DNA of 64,000 nucleotides from an uncultured Muribaculaceae bacterium (GCA_964397485.1 CAYNHT010000001.1:273190-337189); one strand, 5' to 3'. Positions 20,651 to 30,893 are shown, counted from the first letter of the stretch. Notes: generated from the sequence alone by a model not told the origin. Made by a program: numbers and translations.

Positions 20651-20737
20651 ATGTATGGATGCGGAGGTATTTCACAAGGAGCCATTATATTAGTACTTTT
20701 TATATTATTAATTATCATATTAGGTCTTAGAGTTTAA
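20651..20737 (+). CDS. YjcZ-family sporulation micro-protein (28 aa).
   Basis: RBS 'gaggagg' lies 8 nt upstream of the ATG. 'MYGCGGISQGAIILVLFILLIIILGLRV' matches the Gly-rich/hydrophobic YjcZ pattern. It is below the ORF-track size cutoff. Confidence 0.55.
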   Translation: MYGCGGISQGAIILVLFILLIIILGLRV

Positions 20738-20756
20738 AAACATTATTTAATATAAT

Positions 20757-20786
20757 AAAAAAGAGAAATTTTTTTCTCTTTTTTTC
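20757..20786. terminator. Bidirectional terminator between the yjcZ-like gene and the giant pilin gene.
   Basis: Hairpin 'aaaaagagaaatttttttctcttttttt'. Confidence 0.65.
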
Positions 20787-23700
20787 TATGGAGATGGTTG
20801 TATTTCATATAGCAATCCAGGGTTACCAAGCCTTCCCATAACATACCTTATATATTTTGTATTTGATGGTATAACTAAGTTTTTTTCATAAGTGGCTCCA
20901 CCACTGTACGAATAATCCTCACTTATTAAGTTTCTATTTACATCTAAAAATTGAATTTGAGTACCATAATTATCCTTAAATTTTACAAATATAGCTGTTC
21001 CTATCATGCTACCATGCACTTCCATAATGGAGTTTTGTTTACTTGAATATGTATTTAAATCATTATCATATGACTCCTTAAGCATTGCATCGGTCACATT
21101 TGAAGTGTAAGCAGGAATAGTTCTTGTTTCATTACCATATTTGTCAATACCTTTTGCATATATCGTTTCATTTTGATTTACTTTTATTGCTTGATTTTGA
21201 TAATTAACCCATGTTCCATCAACACCTATTTTATATAGTTTTTGAACACTTGTTGGAAAGTAATCAATTTTCACCATTTGATATGGATTTCTTATTGCCT
21301 TAGTTGGATCTGCATGTAATAACATATAACCATCTGTTGCACTAAAAGTCGGTTCATCACTTGGAGCTATTTCATACAACATACTTGTTGTTCTATTTAT
21401 AACATAATTTATATATTTGGTTCCTATAGGTATTTCTAAAATATGTTCCCTTGTTGCTCCTCCTGTATAGGTATAATCTTCACTTATCAACTGTTTATTA
21501 CTATTTAGAAATTTAATATATGTTCCATAGTTATCCTTAAACTTAACATATATACTTTTGCCTACCATACTACTATCGACTTCCATAAACGAATTTGATT
21601 TTTGCATATATGTATTTAAATCACCATCATATGCTTCTTTTGTTATAGCATCATTTACTGCTGATGTATATGATGCTATTGTTCTAGTCTCATATCCATA
21701 TTTGTCTCTTCCTTTAGCATAAATCGTTTCTCCATGTTTTACTTTAATTGCTTGATCAGTATAGTTAATCCATTCGCCTTGTTCACCTATTTTATATAAT
21801 CTTTCAACACTTGTTGGGAAAAAATCGATTGATACCATTTGATATGGTTCTTTTATAGCTTTAGTTGGATCAGCATGTAATAACATATATTTACTAACTG
21901 CATTAAAAGTTGGTTCATTACTTGGTTGTATTTCAAATAACCTACTAGAAGTTCTATTAGTGACATATTTTATCTTTTTCGTTCCTTCAGGTATTAATAA
22001 GATATGTTCTCTTGTAGCTCCTCCAGTATGAGTATAATCCTCACTAATTAAATTATCATTGCTGTCTAAAAATTTTATATATGTCCCGTAATCATCTTTA
22101 AATTTAACATATATATAGTTGCCTATCATACTACTATCGACTTCCATAATGGAATTTGATTTTTGCATGAATGTATCCAAATCACCATCATAAACTTGGT
22201 ATGTAATTGCATCTGGAGGCATAGTTACAGACTTACTTACACTAATAGTTAGTCCTGTGTCTTTTTTTACACTTCTGGCAGTTATTGTTCCACTATATAC
22301 ATTTAGTGTTCCTGTATATAAAGTCCATGTCACTCCATTATCTAGACTATATTCATTTCTTATATCATTTCTGTTTTCATAAGTTATCGTTGTCGTTCCA
22401 TCTAGTATAACTCCATAGCTTGCTAATACGGGATATCCGTAACTTGAATTGATTACTGGCGCTTCTGGCATATCTAAATCTAAGTTCACAACTTTTTTGC
22501 TTACCATTTTATCATTACCCGCTGAATCTTTTCCTTTTGCATATATTGTTACTGTCTTATCCTCATTTTCAAATCCATTTTGTAATACCTCGTATGAGGT
22601 TAATGTAATTTCTCCTGTATAACTACTCCACACTAGATTGCTTGCTCCTATTTTATACTCTTTTATAACACTATCTTCATAATCAATATTTATTTTTATT
22701 GTTGTTCCTATTATATTATTCGGTGTTACTACTATATCTATTTCTGGTGGAGTATTATCTATATTAGAAATAGTTATTGTTTTTATTGTTTTATTACCTA
22801 CCATATCTTCTGCATAAACTGTATAAATCCCATTTGCATTTACATTAAAAATACTATTGTTCGCAATCGTGTTTCCGCTATTTTCAAAATAACTTTCACT
22901 TCTATTTCCTTCTGCCCACTTTACCATTCCAACTTCTGTATCATCTGTTACACTTACCTTTATTCCTACACTTCTACTTGGTGTTTCTAAATCAGCATTT
23001 AATTTTATCGTTGGAGCTTCTTCATCTATATTAGTTATTTTTTTCGCCGATTCTTTACTCCACACTTCTTGGGTTGTCATTCCTCTTGCATATATAACAG
23101 TATTTTTTCTATCTATTGTAAATGATTTTGTATATTCTTTCCATCCACTACTATTACCATCTGGATCAACTATTTTATATTCTTTTTTTTCTAAATCATT
23201 TTGATAATTTATACTTACTGTTACTTCTTTGGTTGATTCAGTTGGATTTATTAATATTTGAGGTTGTTGGGGGATTGTTTTATCCCATCTCATATAAATA
23301 TTTTCTATTAATTCATTTAGTGGCACATCAATAAAATAGTAATCACCTGTAAATATTATCTCTTTTCCATTTTCATCTTCTATTTTTATTAATGCTCCAT
23401 CTTCAAACATCTCTGATTTCGTTTCTGGTTTTATTAGCAAAATACCTACTTCTTTATATCCTTTCCATTCTCCTTCTTCCTTAAATTTATATTCTCTATC
23501 AGTTGATTTTGGAGGATATGTTAATCTTAAAATAAAATATTTCCCTTTATCTATTAAATATGTTGGCGGTTCTGGAATGATATTTTCAATTGTATATGTA
23601 CTTTCAGCAATTTCACCAAATTCATTTTCGTTATATGCTCTTATTACTGTTTCGTTTTCAGTTATGACAAACTCACTTACATAATCTCTTAATTGAAAAC

Positions 23701-25789
23701 CATTTATACTATACCTTTTTATAACTGCATTTTTATCAAATTCGATTGTTACTTTTACTTTACTTACATCTCCGGTTGGATCTACTCTAATAATTGGTTC
23801 TGAGATTCCTGTTAATAAATTATCTATCTTTTTTGATGTTTCTCCTTTTCCAGTTGCCGATATGGCATATGCATATATTGTTACATTATCTGTAACATTA
23901 AATTTTCCACTATATTCTTGTAATTCTCCATTTATTCCCAACTTATAATATTTCTTAGTTGCCTTACTATCATAATCTATTGTAACTTCTACACTACTAT
24001 ATCTTTCATTTGATACGAGTGGTTCTGGGATTACATTTATACTTACTTCTAATTTCTCTAGCGGATTTGGGGCTTTTAAGTTTCCTATATTGGTTATATC
24101 CAAATATCTATCTGTTATCCCATTTTCGTTTATGCCTCTTGCATATATTCTACCATTTTCGGTTATTGTTAATTTGCTAGTATATTCTTGATATAATAAC
24201 CCATCTAAACTATATTGTAATGAATCATAGTTTTCTCCACTTATAATTACTTCTACATTATTATCTCCATATCTTCCACTAGACGGATATGGATCAGCAT
24301 TTATTTTTACATATGGTTTATTTCCTTCAACTATATTATCTATTACTCTAAATGCCTTATCCGACCTATATCCATCATATGTTACATAGTATGCATATAT
24401 CTGCATATTTTTTTTAACTATAATTGGTGTTTTATACTCTTGGTAACTTCCATATCTTCCTAATCTTATATATGTTTTTTCTGCTTCTATTGGCGAATTT
24501 ACACTTACTTCTACTTGATCAGTTATTGTTATTGGATCTATTTCTATTACCGGAGCCGGTACCATACTTGCTGGTTTATTATCAAATACATTTCCATTTG
24601 GGTCATAATCACTTGCCTCTATTGCTTCTTCAATGGTTGTATCGTTTATTAGTATTCCCCTTGCTCTACTCCTTTTACCATTTTCATCATAATAATAAGC
24701 AACTATATGAGTACCATATTTTTTTATACTTATTTCTTCTGTATATTCTTGTTCAAATCCATAATTTTCTTTAAATATTTTGGTTGCTGCACCTTCTGGA
24801 TAAGTTACTCTTACCCTCGCTACTTCATTTTCAAGTATGGGGTCTAATCTTTCTATAGTTGGTGCTTCTAAATTTTCTTCTTCTACACCTATATTACTTA
24901 TATATATCATATCTCTTCCCGATATATTTCTCGTCATCAATAAATTACCTGATTGATCATATACATTTTCTTCTTTTGATGCTCTTGCTTCTACTATTAC
25001 TTTTTCACTTACTATAAATGGTCTTATATAGTCCATCCAACCACTATTACCTACTCGGTACTGTTTAATTTCTGCTTCTTCATCATAGTTTATTTTTACA
25101 TTTACACTTGTTGCCATTACCCCAACTGGTTCTGGCGATATATCCACTAGTAGTCTTCCTGCTGGCGGTATTATATATTCTTGGTTATCTAATATATAAC
25201 TTATCCATACATCTTCTATTCTATCAAGGGGCACTAAGATCGGACCAGTATAATTTTGCCACATTAACATTGGATCACTTCTTAATTCGCCTTCTTCGCT
25301 TAATCGCCATTTTCTATTTGTTGCATTATCTGGGTAATATAGTATCAATTGCATCCAACCATTAGCAATTAATTCCTCACCTTTATCAACTATAATTGTA
25401 TTATCTTTACTACATGTTGGACTTATTAAATAACTTTCATATTTATATCCATCAGTTTCTCTTATTACAATTACTTTACTTTCATACTCATCGGCTGGTT
25501 GTTTTGTTTTAGGATCTAATATTGGCTTTATATAACCATTATTTATTAACTCTATTAGTTTAACCTCTTTTAAATCATTTACTTGAACTGGTAAGGTTTC
25601 ATTCTCATCAAAGGTTAAATAATTACTTGCCGCTTCTTCCATACTATGTCGATTGATTTGGCATACTTTTTCATAAACTCTATCCATTGCATCAAAAAAT
25701 ATAAATCTAGTTATTAACATGATTATGGTTATAATTATTATTACTGCAAGAATTTCTACTAGGGCAAACCCCTTTTTCTTTTTTTTCAT
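20786..25789 (-). CDS. Giant (1667 aa) modular type IV pilin-like protein. It has a prepilin N-terminus, multiple Ig-like repeats and a 2.5x repeated C-terminal module.
   Basis: Start 'MKKKKKGF|ALVEILAVIIIITIIMLI' is the class III prepilin leader plus E5 and a hydrophobic helix. RBS 'ggagg'. Repeated ~90-aa units end in 'TIYAxG'. The C-terminal ~190-aa unit is triplicated. Confidence 0.7.
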   Translation of the reverse strand: MKKKKKGFALVEILAVIIIITIIMLITRFIFFDAMDRVYEKVCQINRHSMEEAASNYLTFDENETLPVQVNDLKEVKLIELINNGYIKPILDPKTKQPADEYESKVIVIRETDGYKYESYLISPTCSKDNTIIVDKGEELIANGWMQLILYYPDNATNRKWRLSEEGELRSDPMLMWQNYTGPILVPLDRIEDVWISYILDNQEYIIPPAGRLLVDISPEPVGVMATSVNVKINYDEEAEIKQYRVGNSGWMDYIRPFIVSEKVIVEARASKEENVYDQSGNLLMTRNISGRDMIYISNIGVEEENLEAPTIERLDPILENEVARVRVTYPEGAATKIFKENYGFEQEYTEEISIKKYGTHIVAYYYDENGKRSRARGILINDTTIEEAIEASDYDPNGNVFDNKPASMVPAPVIEIDPITITDQVEVSVNSPIEAEKTYIRLGRYGSYQEYKTPIIVKKNMQIYAYYVTYDGYRSDKAFRVIDNIVEGNKPYVKINADPYPSSGRYGDNNVEVIISGENYDSLQYSLDGLLYQEYTSKLTITENGRIYARGINENGITDRYLDITNIGNLKAPNPLEKLEVSINVIPEPLVSNERYSSVEVTIDYDSKATKKYYKLGINGELQEYSGKFNVTDNVTIYAYAISATGKGETSKKIDNLLTGISEPIIRVDPTGDVSKVKVTIEFDKNAVIKRYSINGFQLRDYVSEFVITENETVIRAYNENEFGEIAESTYTIENIIPEPPTYLIDKGKYFILRLTYPPKSTDREYKFKEEGEWKGYKEVGILLIKPETKSEMFEDGALIKIEDENGKEIIFTGDYYFIDVPLNELIENIYMRWDKTIPQQPQILINPTESTKEVTVSINYQNDLEKKEYKIVDPDGNSSGWKEYTKSFTIDRKNTVIYARGMTTQEVWSKESAKKITNIDEEAPTIKLNADLETPSRSVGIKVSVTDDTEVGMVKWAEGNRSESYFENSGNTIANNSIFNVNANGIYTVYAEDMVGNKTIKTITISNIDNTPPEIDIVVTPNNIIGTTIKINIDYEDSVIKEYKIGASNLVWSSYTGEITLTSYEVLQNGFENEDKTVTIYAKGKDSAGNDKMVSKKVVNLDLDMPEAPVINSSYGYPVLASYGVILDGTTTITYENRNDIRNEYSLDNGVTWTLYTGTLNVYSGTITARSVKKDTGLTISVSKSVTMPPDAITYQVYDGDLDTFMQKSNSIMEVDSSMIGNYIYVKFKDDYGTYIKFLDSNDNLISEDYTHTGGATREHILLIPEGTKKIKYVTNRTSSRLFEIQPSNEPTFNAVSKYMLLHADPTKAIKEPYQMVSIDFFPTSVERLYKIGEQGEWINYTDQAIKVKHGETIYAKGRDKYGYETRTIASYTSAVNDAITKEAYDGDLNTYMQKSNSFMEVDSSMVGKSIYVKFKDNYGTYIKFLNSNKQLISEDYTYTGGATREHILEIPIGTKYINYVINRTTSMLYEIAPSDEPTFSATDGYMLLHADPTKAIRNPYQMVKIDYFPTSVQKLYKIGVDGTWVNYQNQAIKVNQNETIYAKGIDKYGNETRTIPAYTSNVTDAMLKESYDNDLNTYSSKQNSIMEVHGSMIGTAIFVKFKDNYGTQIQFLDVNRNLISEDYSYSGGATYEKNLVIPSNTKYIRYVMGRLGNPGLLYEIQPSP
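20789..22200 (-). repeat. Intragenic tandem repeat (~560-nt period, 2.5 copies) encoding the C-terminal module of the giant pilin.
   Basis: Near-identical nucleotide blocks, e.g. 21240-21370 versus 21800-21930. The protein units begin 'DAITxxxYDGDLxTYMQKSNS'. Confidence 0.65.
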
Positions 25790-25934
25790 ATTTAACCTCC
25801 TCATGTATTTTCTTAATTTCTTCTTATAAAGTATAACATTTTTAACTTTTTCGGTCAATTTATTAAAGCATTTATATTAACACTTTTGTTTGTTGGGAAA
25901 ATTTGGTATAATACTTAACCAAGAGGAGAAATTT

Positions 25935-27068
25935 ATGAAAAAAACATTGAAATTATTTAAAATTATCGTTCTTAGTGTTGTTTTAATAGTATCATCTATG
26001 TTTATACCTAAAACTAAAAATAAAGACGTTGTTAATAACGTTCCCACTATTTCAAAAAATAATATAGAAGAAGATAAAAATACTGAAATTATAACACCTA
26101 TTACTGAACCGGAAGAAATAATTAATATTCCGGTACCAGAAAAAAAACAAATAGTTTTAAGTTTTGTTGGTGATTGTACGCTTGGTACTGATGACAACTT
26201 TGGTTATACAAACACATTTACACATGTGTTTGATAAAAACGATAAAGATTATAGTTATTTTTTTAAAGGTGTAAAAGAAGTTTTAGAAAACGATGATTTA
26301 ACGATTGCTAATTTGGAAACGACTTTTACTAATGCTACTGTAAAAAAAGATAAACAATTCAACTTTAAAGGAGATCCGTCTTATGTTAATATTCTTTTAG
26401 AAGGAAGTGTTGAAGTTGTTAATCTTGCTAATAATCATACTTATGATTATTATGAAAAAGGATATAATGATACTGTTGATGTTCTTAAGAGTGCTAATGT
26501 AGGTTTTTATGGAAATAATGTTTTTTTAGTAGAAGAAGTACAAGGTGTAAAAATTGGATTTGCCGGTTTTAACGGATTTGGTGATATAAAAAGTACTTCT
26601 ACTCAAATTAAAACAGCTTTAGAATATTTTGAAGAAAATAACATTGATATTAAAATTGTATCTTTTCATTGGGGAATTGAAAGAGAAAATTATTTTAATG
26701 AAAAACAACAAACATTAGGAAGGTTTGCAATTGATAATGGAGCTAATCTAGTTATTGGACATCATCCTCATGTTTTACAAGGTATAGAAGAATATAATGG
26801 GAATTATATAGTTTATTCTTTAGGTAATTTTGTATTTGGTGGTAACAGAAATCCTCAAGATAAAGATTCTATGATTTTTCAAAAAATATTTACTTTTGAA
26901 GATAATCAACTAATAGATCAAAAAGTAAATATAATACCTGTTTCTATCTCTTCACAAAAAAACATAAATGATTATCAACCAACATTATTAGAAGATGAAG
27001 AAAAAGTAAAAGTATTAACTCGGATTAATAAATATAGTAAAAATTTCAACTATGAAATTAATGAATAA
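25935..27068 (+). CDS. CapA/PgsA-family metallophosphoesterase-like protein (poly-gamma-glutamate capsule biosynthesis family), secreted or anchored.
   Basis: RBS 'aagaggag'. Signal 'MKKTLKLFKIIVLSVVLIV'. 'VGDCTLGTDD', 'NLANNHTYDY', 'GHHPHVLQGIE' and 'SLGNFVFGG' are CapA motifs. Confidence 0.75.
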   Translation: MKKTLKLFKIIVLSVVLIVSSMFIPKTKNKDVVNNVPTISKNNIEEDKNTEIITPITEPEEIINIPVPEKKQIVLSFVGDCTLGTDDNFGYTNTFTHVFDKNDKDYSYFFKGVKEVLENDDLTIANLETTFTNATVKKDKQFNFKGDPSYVNILLEGSVEVVNLANNHTYDYYEKGYNDTVDVLKSANVGFYGNNVFLVEEVQGVKIGFAGFNGFGDIKSTSTQIKTALEYFEENNIDIKIVSFHWGIERENYFNEKQQTLGRFAIDNGANLVIGHHPHVLQGIEEYNGNYIVYSLGNFVFGGNRNPQDKDSMIFQKIFTFEDNQLIDQKVNIIPVSISSQKNINDYQPTLLEDEEKVKVLTRINKYSKNFNYEINE

Positions 27069-27082
27069 AAAAGCTTTTCAAA

Positions 27083-27325
27083 TTATTTGAAAAGCTTTTT
27101 TATTTTTTTCTTTTTAGTATTTTTTAAAAGATCATAAGATGCGGTTAAAATAAAAACTATTTGCAATACTATAAATACTAGATCACCTAAATATATACTA
27201 TAAAATTCTAAACATATTCCACCAATTATATAAAGTATATCTTGTTTTTTTCTTGTTTTTGTCATAACACCAGTACAAATAAAAATTAATCCAACAGCAC
27301 CAAGTGTTTTATAAATTAATGCCAT
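27083..27325 (-). CDS. Small membrane protein (two TM segments).
   Basis: 80-aa hydrophobic ORF. Confidence 0.35.
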   Translation of the reverse strand: MALIYKTLGAVGLIFICTGVMTKTRKKQDILYIIGGICLEFYSIYLGDLVFIVLQIVFILTASYDLLKNTKKKKIKKLFK

Positions 27326-27402
27326 AAAAATACCTCCAAATTATAAATATATTGTATCATATTTCGACACTGAAAAAACAAAAAACGTAATAATTTAAAA
27401 AA

Positions 27403-27432
27403 TTGACATTATATGACAAAAATTGATATAAT
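27403..27432 (+). promoter_or_regulatory. Sigma-A promoter of the 771-aa pilin-like gene.
   Basis: TTGACA, an 18-nt spacer, then TATAAT, about 30 nt upstream of the RBS 'ataggagg'. Confidence 0.5.
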
Positions 27433-27463
27433 TTAATAGAAAAAATAGGAGGAATATATATAT

Positions 27464-29779
27464 ATGAATGACAAGAAAGGTTTTACCTTGATAGAATTAC
27501 TTGCAGTAATTGTTATATTAGCTATCATTGCACTAATCGCAACTCAATTATTAGCTAATATAATTAAAAAAGCACGAATGGGTGCTTTTGAAAATGACAT
27601 TCGAGCAATAATTAGAACAATCGAATATCAAGAGGTTTTAGACCAAGATTTCAATATTTTTAATATAAATAAAGATACCGTTAAAACAACTCTTAACATG
27701 TCAAATGATAATTATGAATATGTTGAAGTTTCTTTATTAGATGAAGATATATACATTAAGGTTATTGGAAAAAATGAATGGAAAGGTTTGACTGGATACG
27801 GTATAAATAAACAAATGACAGTTAGAGACACTGATGAATTTGATGCCATAACTTGTCAAGTATATGACCCAGGTTTTAGAACAGACTATACTGTAGCAAG
27901 TGCTGTACAAGATTGTATTAATATAACAAATGCTGATGAATTTATGAACATTAAAAATGATTTAGATGGCAAATATTGTATACAAAATAATATCGATTTA
28001 CAAAATGTAAATAATTGGGAAATTATTGCTCCTAATGGTGATCAACCTTTTACTGGAGAAATTTATGGGAATAATTTTCATATTCAAAATTTAAATGTTA
28101 ATCACGATGGTAATTTTTCATTATTTGGTTATATTGAAAATGCTAAATTTCATGATTTACGTTTTAGTAACATGAATATAAATGGTAATGATTCTATTTC
28201 TCTAATAGCTTATCACGCTTCAGGTGACTTAGATATTATTAATTCTAAAATAGAAGATAATAATCGTTTTACAACTAATAACCCTGATGCACTTATTACT
28301 GGGTTTGTAACCCTTAAATATGGTGAAGGTAATTTAAATATTATAAATAGTTATGCAAATGTTAATATATATAACGCTTATTATGCTAGTCCTTTTATAG
28401 GTATGATAGCGCCGGAAACTACTACAACAATTGAAAATTCAACTGCAATTTCCAATTCGAAAAATATAGAAGGCTACTCTACTTCATTTGGTGGATTTGT
28501 TGCACTAAATGAAGGTCCAATTTCGATAATAAATTCTAAAGCTAATATTAAAACAGAAAATGTAACCGGTTATAGTGGTGGCTTTGCTGGAATGTCTTGG
28601 GCCGATACCTACATTGAAAATTCAATGTCTACTTGTGATATTGATGGTTCAAAGTATGCTGGTTGTTTTATTGGATTTGTTGATGATCTTGAAGTTAACA
28701 ACTCGGTTGTATTAAAATCTAAAATCACTGATATTAATGATTATTATGGTGGTATGGTTGGTGCGGTAAGAGAATTTAATCTTACTAGCTCATGTGTCAA
28801 AAATTCAACTATGCGAGGATTACAAAATTCATTAGGTGGTGGCTTTGCTGGAATCGTTTTTGCAAATATTAACTCTGATAAAATTAAAACATTTGGTCTT
28901 AATATGAGTGGTGGCCGTATAGGTGGAATATTTGGAGATGCCCACGCTAATACAAATATGATATTACATCACACAGAGTATATAAAAATGCATAATGCTA
29001 ATGAAAAAGTTGGTAGTATGATAAGTGCTATATATGGTGATTTAACATTAAATAAGGCAAGATTAAATAATATAAGTTTTAATAATATTAATTCCGATGT
29101 TGGTAGTATTGCAGTATCTACTTATGGAAATACCAATTTTAATAACATATCGGTTAATATGGTTGATTACGATAATGTTAATTCAAATGTTGGTGGACTT
29201 GTTGGTTCTACCTTTGGTAATTTTATATTAGAGAATGCAAAAATATATAATGTTAATTTTGATAATACCCAATCACATATCGGTGGTGTTATTGGAGCTA
29301 ACTACTCAAGCGTTACATCATTTAATGATACAACTATAACAGGAGCTATAAAGGCTTCTAATGACAATATAGGTGGTATTATTGGTTATGATGTAGGAAG
29401 TTTTAGTACAATTACTGACACTAAAGTAAATGTTAATATGTCTGGAAGATCTTACATTGGTGGACTTGTTGGATTTTGTACTTCCGATACTAATTTAATT
29501 AATATTGAATTTATCGGAAATATAGCTGGTGAGACACCAAACGATCATTTTGATGGTGGTATTGGTGGAATGTATGGAATGCATGTTTCAACCTTAAGTG
29601 GAAACGGGGCTAAAACAAGTGCTTTTATAACAGCTGGTGAAAATGTCGGTGGAATTGTCGGTGTTAAAACGGAACGTTCTAGTATTACTAATATTGATAA
29701 TTTTACTTTTAATGGAAATATTAATAGTGGTGGAACATATGTGAATAATAAAGTTGGTTTATATTTAGAAGACTTTTAA
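27464..29779 (+). CDS. Large (771 aa) modular type IV pilin-like protein with GLUG-type beta-helix-like repeats.
   Basis: Start 'MNDKKGF|TLIELLAVIVILAIIALIA' is the canonical prepilin N-methylation motif. Repeated 'xIGGxxGxxxGxF' (GLUG-like) units fill the C-terminal 450 aa. Confidence 0.7.
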   Translation: MNDKKGFTLIELLAVIVILAIIALIATQLLANIIKKARMGAFENDIRAIIRTIEYQEVLDQDFNIFNINKDTVKTTLNMSNDNYEYVEVSLLDEDIYIKVIGKNEWKGLTGYGINKQMTVRDTDEFDAITCQVYDPGFRTDYTVASAVQDCINITNADEFMNIKNDLDGKYCIQNNIDLQNVNNWEIIAPNGDQPFTGEIYGNNFHIQNLNVNHDGNFSLFGYIENAKFHDLRFSNMNINGNDSISLIAYHASGDLDIINSKIEDNNRFTTNNPDALITGFVTLKYGEGNLNIINSYANVNIYNAYYASPFIGMIAPETTTTIENSTAISNSKNIEGYSTSFGGFVALNEGPISIINSKANIKTENVTGYSGGFAGMSWADTYIENSMSTCDIDGSKYAGCFIGFVDDLEVNNSVVLKSKITDINDYYGGMVGAVREFNLTSSCVKNSTMRGLQNSLGGGFAGIVFANINSDKIKTFGLNMSGGRIGGIFGDAHANTNMILHHTEYIKMHNANEKVGSMISAIYGDLTLNKARLNNISFNNINSDVGSIAVSTYGNTNFNNISVNMVDYDNVNSNVGGLVGSTFGNFILENAKIYNVNFDNTQSHIGGVIGANYSSVTSFNDTTITGAIKASNDNIGGIIGYDVGSFSTITDTKVNVNMSGRSYIGGLVGFCTSDTNLINIEFIGNIAGETPNDHFDGGIGGMYGMHVSTLSGNGAKTSAFITAGENVGGIVGVKTERSSITNIDNFTFNGNINSGGTYVNNKVGLYLEDF

Positions 29780-29897
29780 AAAATAAAAATACTAGAAAAA
29801 ATTAGTATTTTTTTACATAATTTGGCCAAGTAAATAATCGTTTGTGTAGTCATAAAATCCAATATTTTGGTGATAATATATGACGAGGAGGAAAAAC

Positions 29898-30320
29898 ATG
29901 AAAAGATTATTTATCGATTTATTATTTACAGCAACCATTGTTTTTTTCATTTCCAATGTCAATATTGCGTTTGCACAAGATGATCCGAATGTCAATAATC
30001 CAAATATCAATGATCCAAATAATCAAACAGATAATATTTATGATAATAATACAACAAACGATGAAAATATTATAGACGATGATATAGATGATGATAATAA
30101 TACACCAGATTATAATGATGATACGGATTATAACACAAACCCAAATAATGATTTTAATAACACAGGTGATGTAAACGATATTAATGACAATTTAGAAAAC
30201 GATGAGCTTGTAGATGATGATAACGATGATTTTGTAGAGAATGTAACTTATGGTTTAGGTGGTACTATTTTAGGTAGTGCACTTACTTTTCTACTACTCC
30301 GAAATAGAAGAACTATATAG
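29898..30320 (+). CDS. Secreted acidic Asp/Asn-rich low-complexity protein with a C-terminal hydrophobic anchor and basic tail.
   Basis: RBS 'gaggagg'. Signal peptide 'MKRLFIDLLFTATIVFFISNVNIAFA'. D/N-rich core. C-terminus 'GGTILGSALTFLLLRNRRTI'. Confidence 0.5.
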   Translation: MKRLFIDLLFTATIVFFISNVNIAFAQDDPNVNNPNINDPNNQTDNIYDNNTTNDENIIDDDIDDDNNTPDYNDDTDYNTNPNNDFNNTGDVNDINDNLENDELVDDDNDDFVENVTYGLGGTILGSALTFLLLRNRRTI

Positions 30321-30356
30321 TTCTTTTATATTGAAAAAGAATACAAATCGTATTCT

Positions 30357-30893
30357 TTATTTTGTAATAATCTCTTCGCCTATCCTACTAACCCCTTCAA
30401 CATTTAATGCATCATCTTTAGTGGTGTTTAAAAATTGCATTATTCTATTTCTAACATAATTATATTCATTTGGTTTGTTTAACCAAAAACTAATAATATT
30501 TATTCCAGCTTCCTCACAAATAGATTTAACTGATTTATCTCGCTTTTTTCTTGAGGCAAGATTATGAGATTCATCATTTAATTCTATTAATAATAATATT
30601 TCATGGCTATCTTTTAAGAAAATTCCAAAATCCACATTTCTATATAGTTCATTTTGGTATCTAGTTTGACCATTCTTTTTTATAACTGCTGCTAAATTTA
30701 TTTGTGGCCACACGATATAGTCTTCCCCCACTATATGTTTAAGCATATTATAAAATTTTTGTTCGGTTCCTGTCATAATATTCTTTTTGGTATACCAATA
30801 GTTTCTTTTTGGAGTATTTGTGGCATTCTTTTGCTTTCCTTTAAATAATCGTATAATAAATTCTAATATGGCTTCGAAAATTTCTATTAACAT
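30357..30893 (-). CDS. DUF2726-like (restriction-endonuclease-like fold) protein.
   Basis: 178 aa; 'YIVWPQINLAAV...VDFGIFLKDSHEILLLIELND' pattern. Confidence 0.45.
   Translation of the reverse strand: MLIEIFEAILEFIIRLFKGKQKNATNTPKRNYWYTKKNIMTGTEQKFYNMLKHIVGEDYIVWPQINLAAVIKKNGQTRYQNELYRNVDFGIFLKDSHEILLLIELNDESHNLASRKKRDKSVKSICEEAGINIISFWLNKPNEYNYVRNRIMQFLNTTKDDALNVEGVSRIGEEIITK

Noticed and set aside
30357-30893. The DUF2726-like gene as a possible stand-alone defence nuclease.
   Set aside because: It sits in an ordinary-looking region with no mobile-element or defence neighbours. The family assignment rests on a short motif, which is too weak to call.
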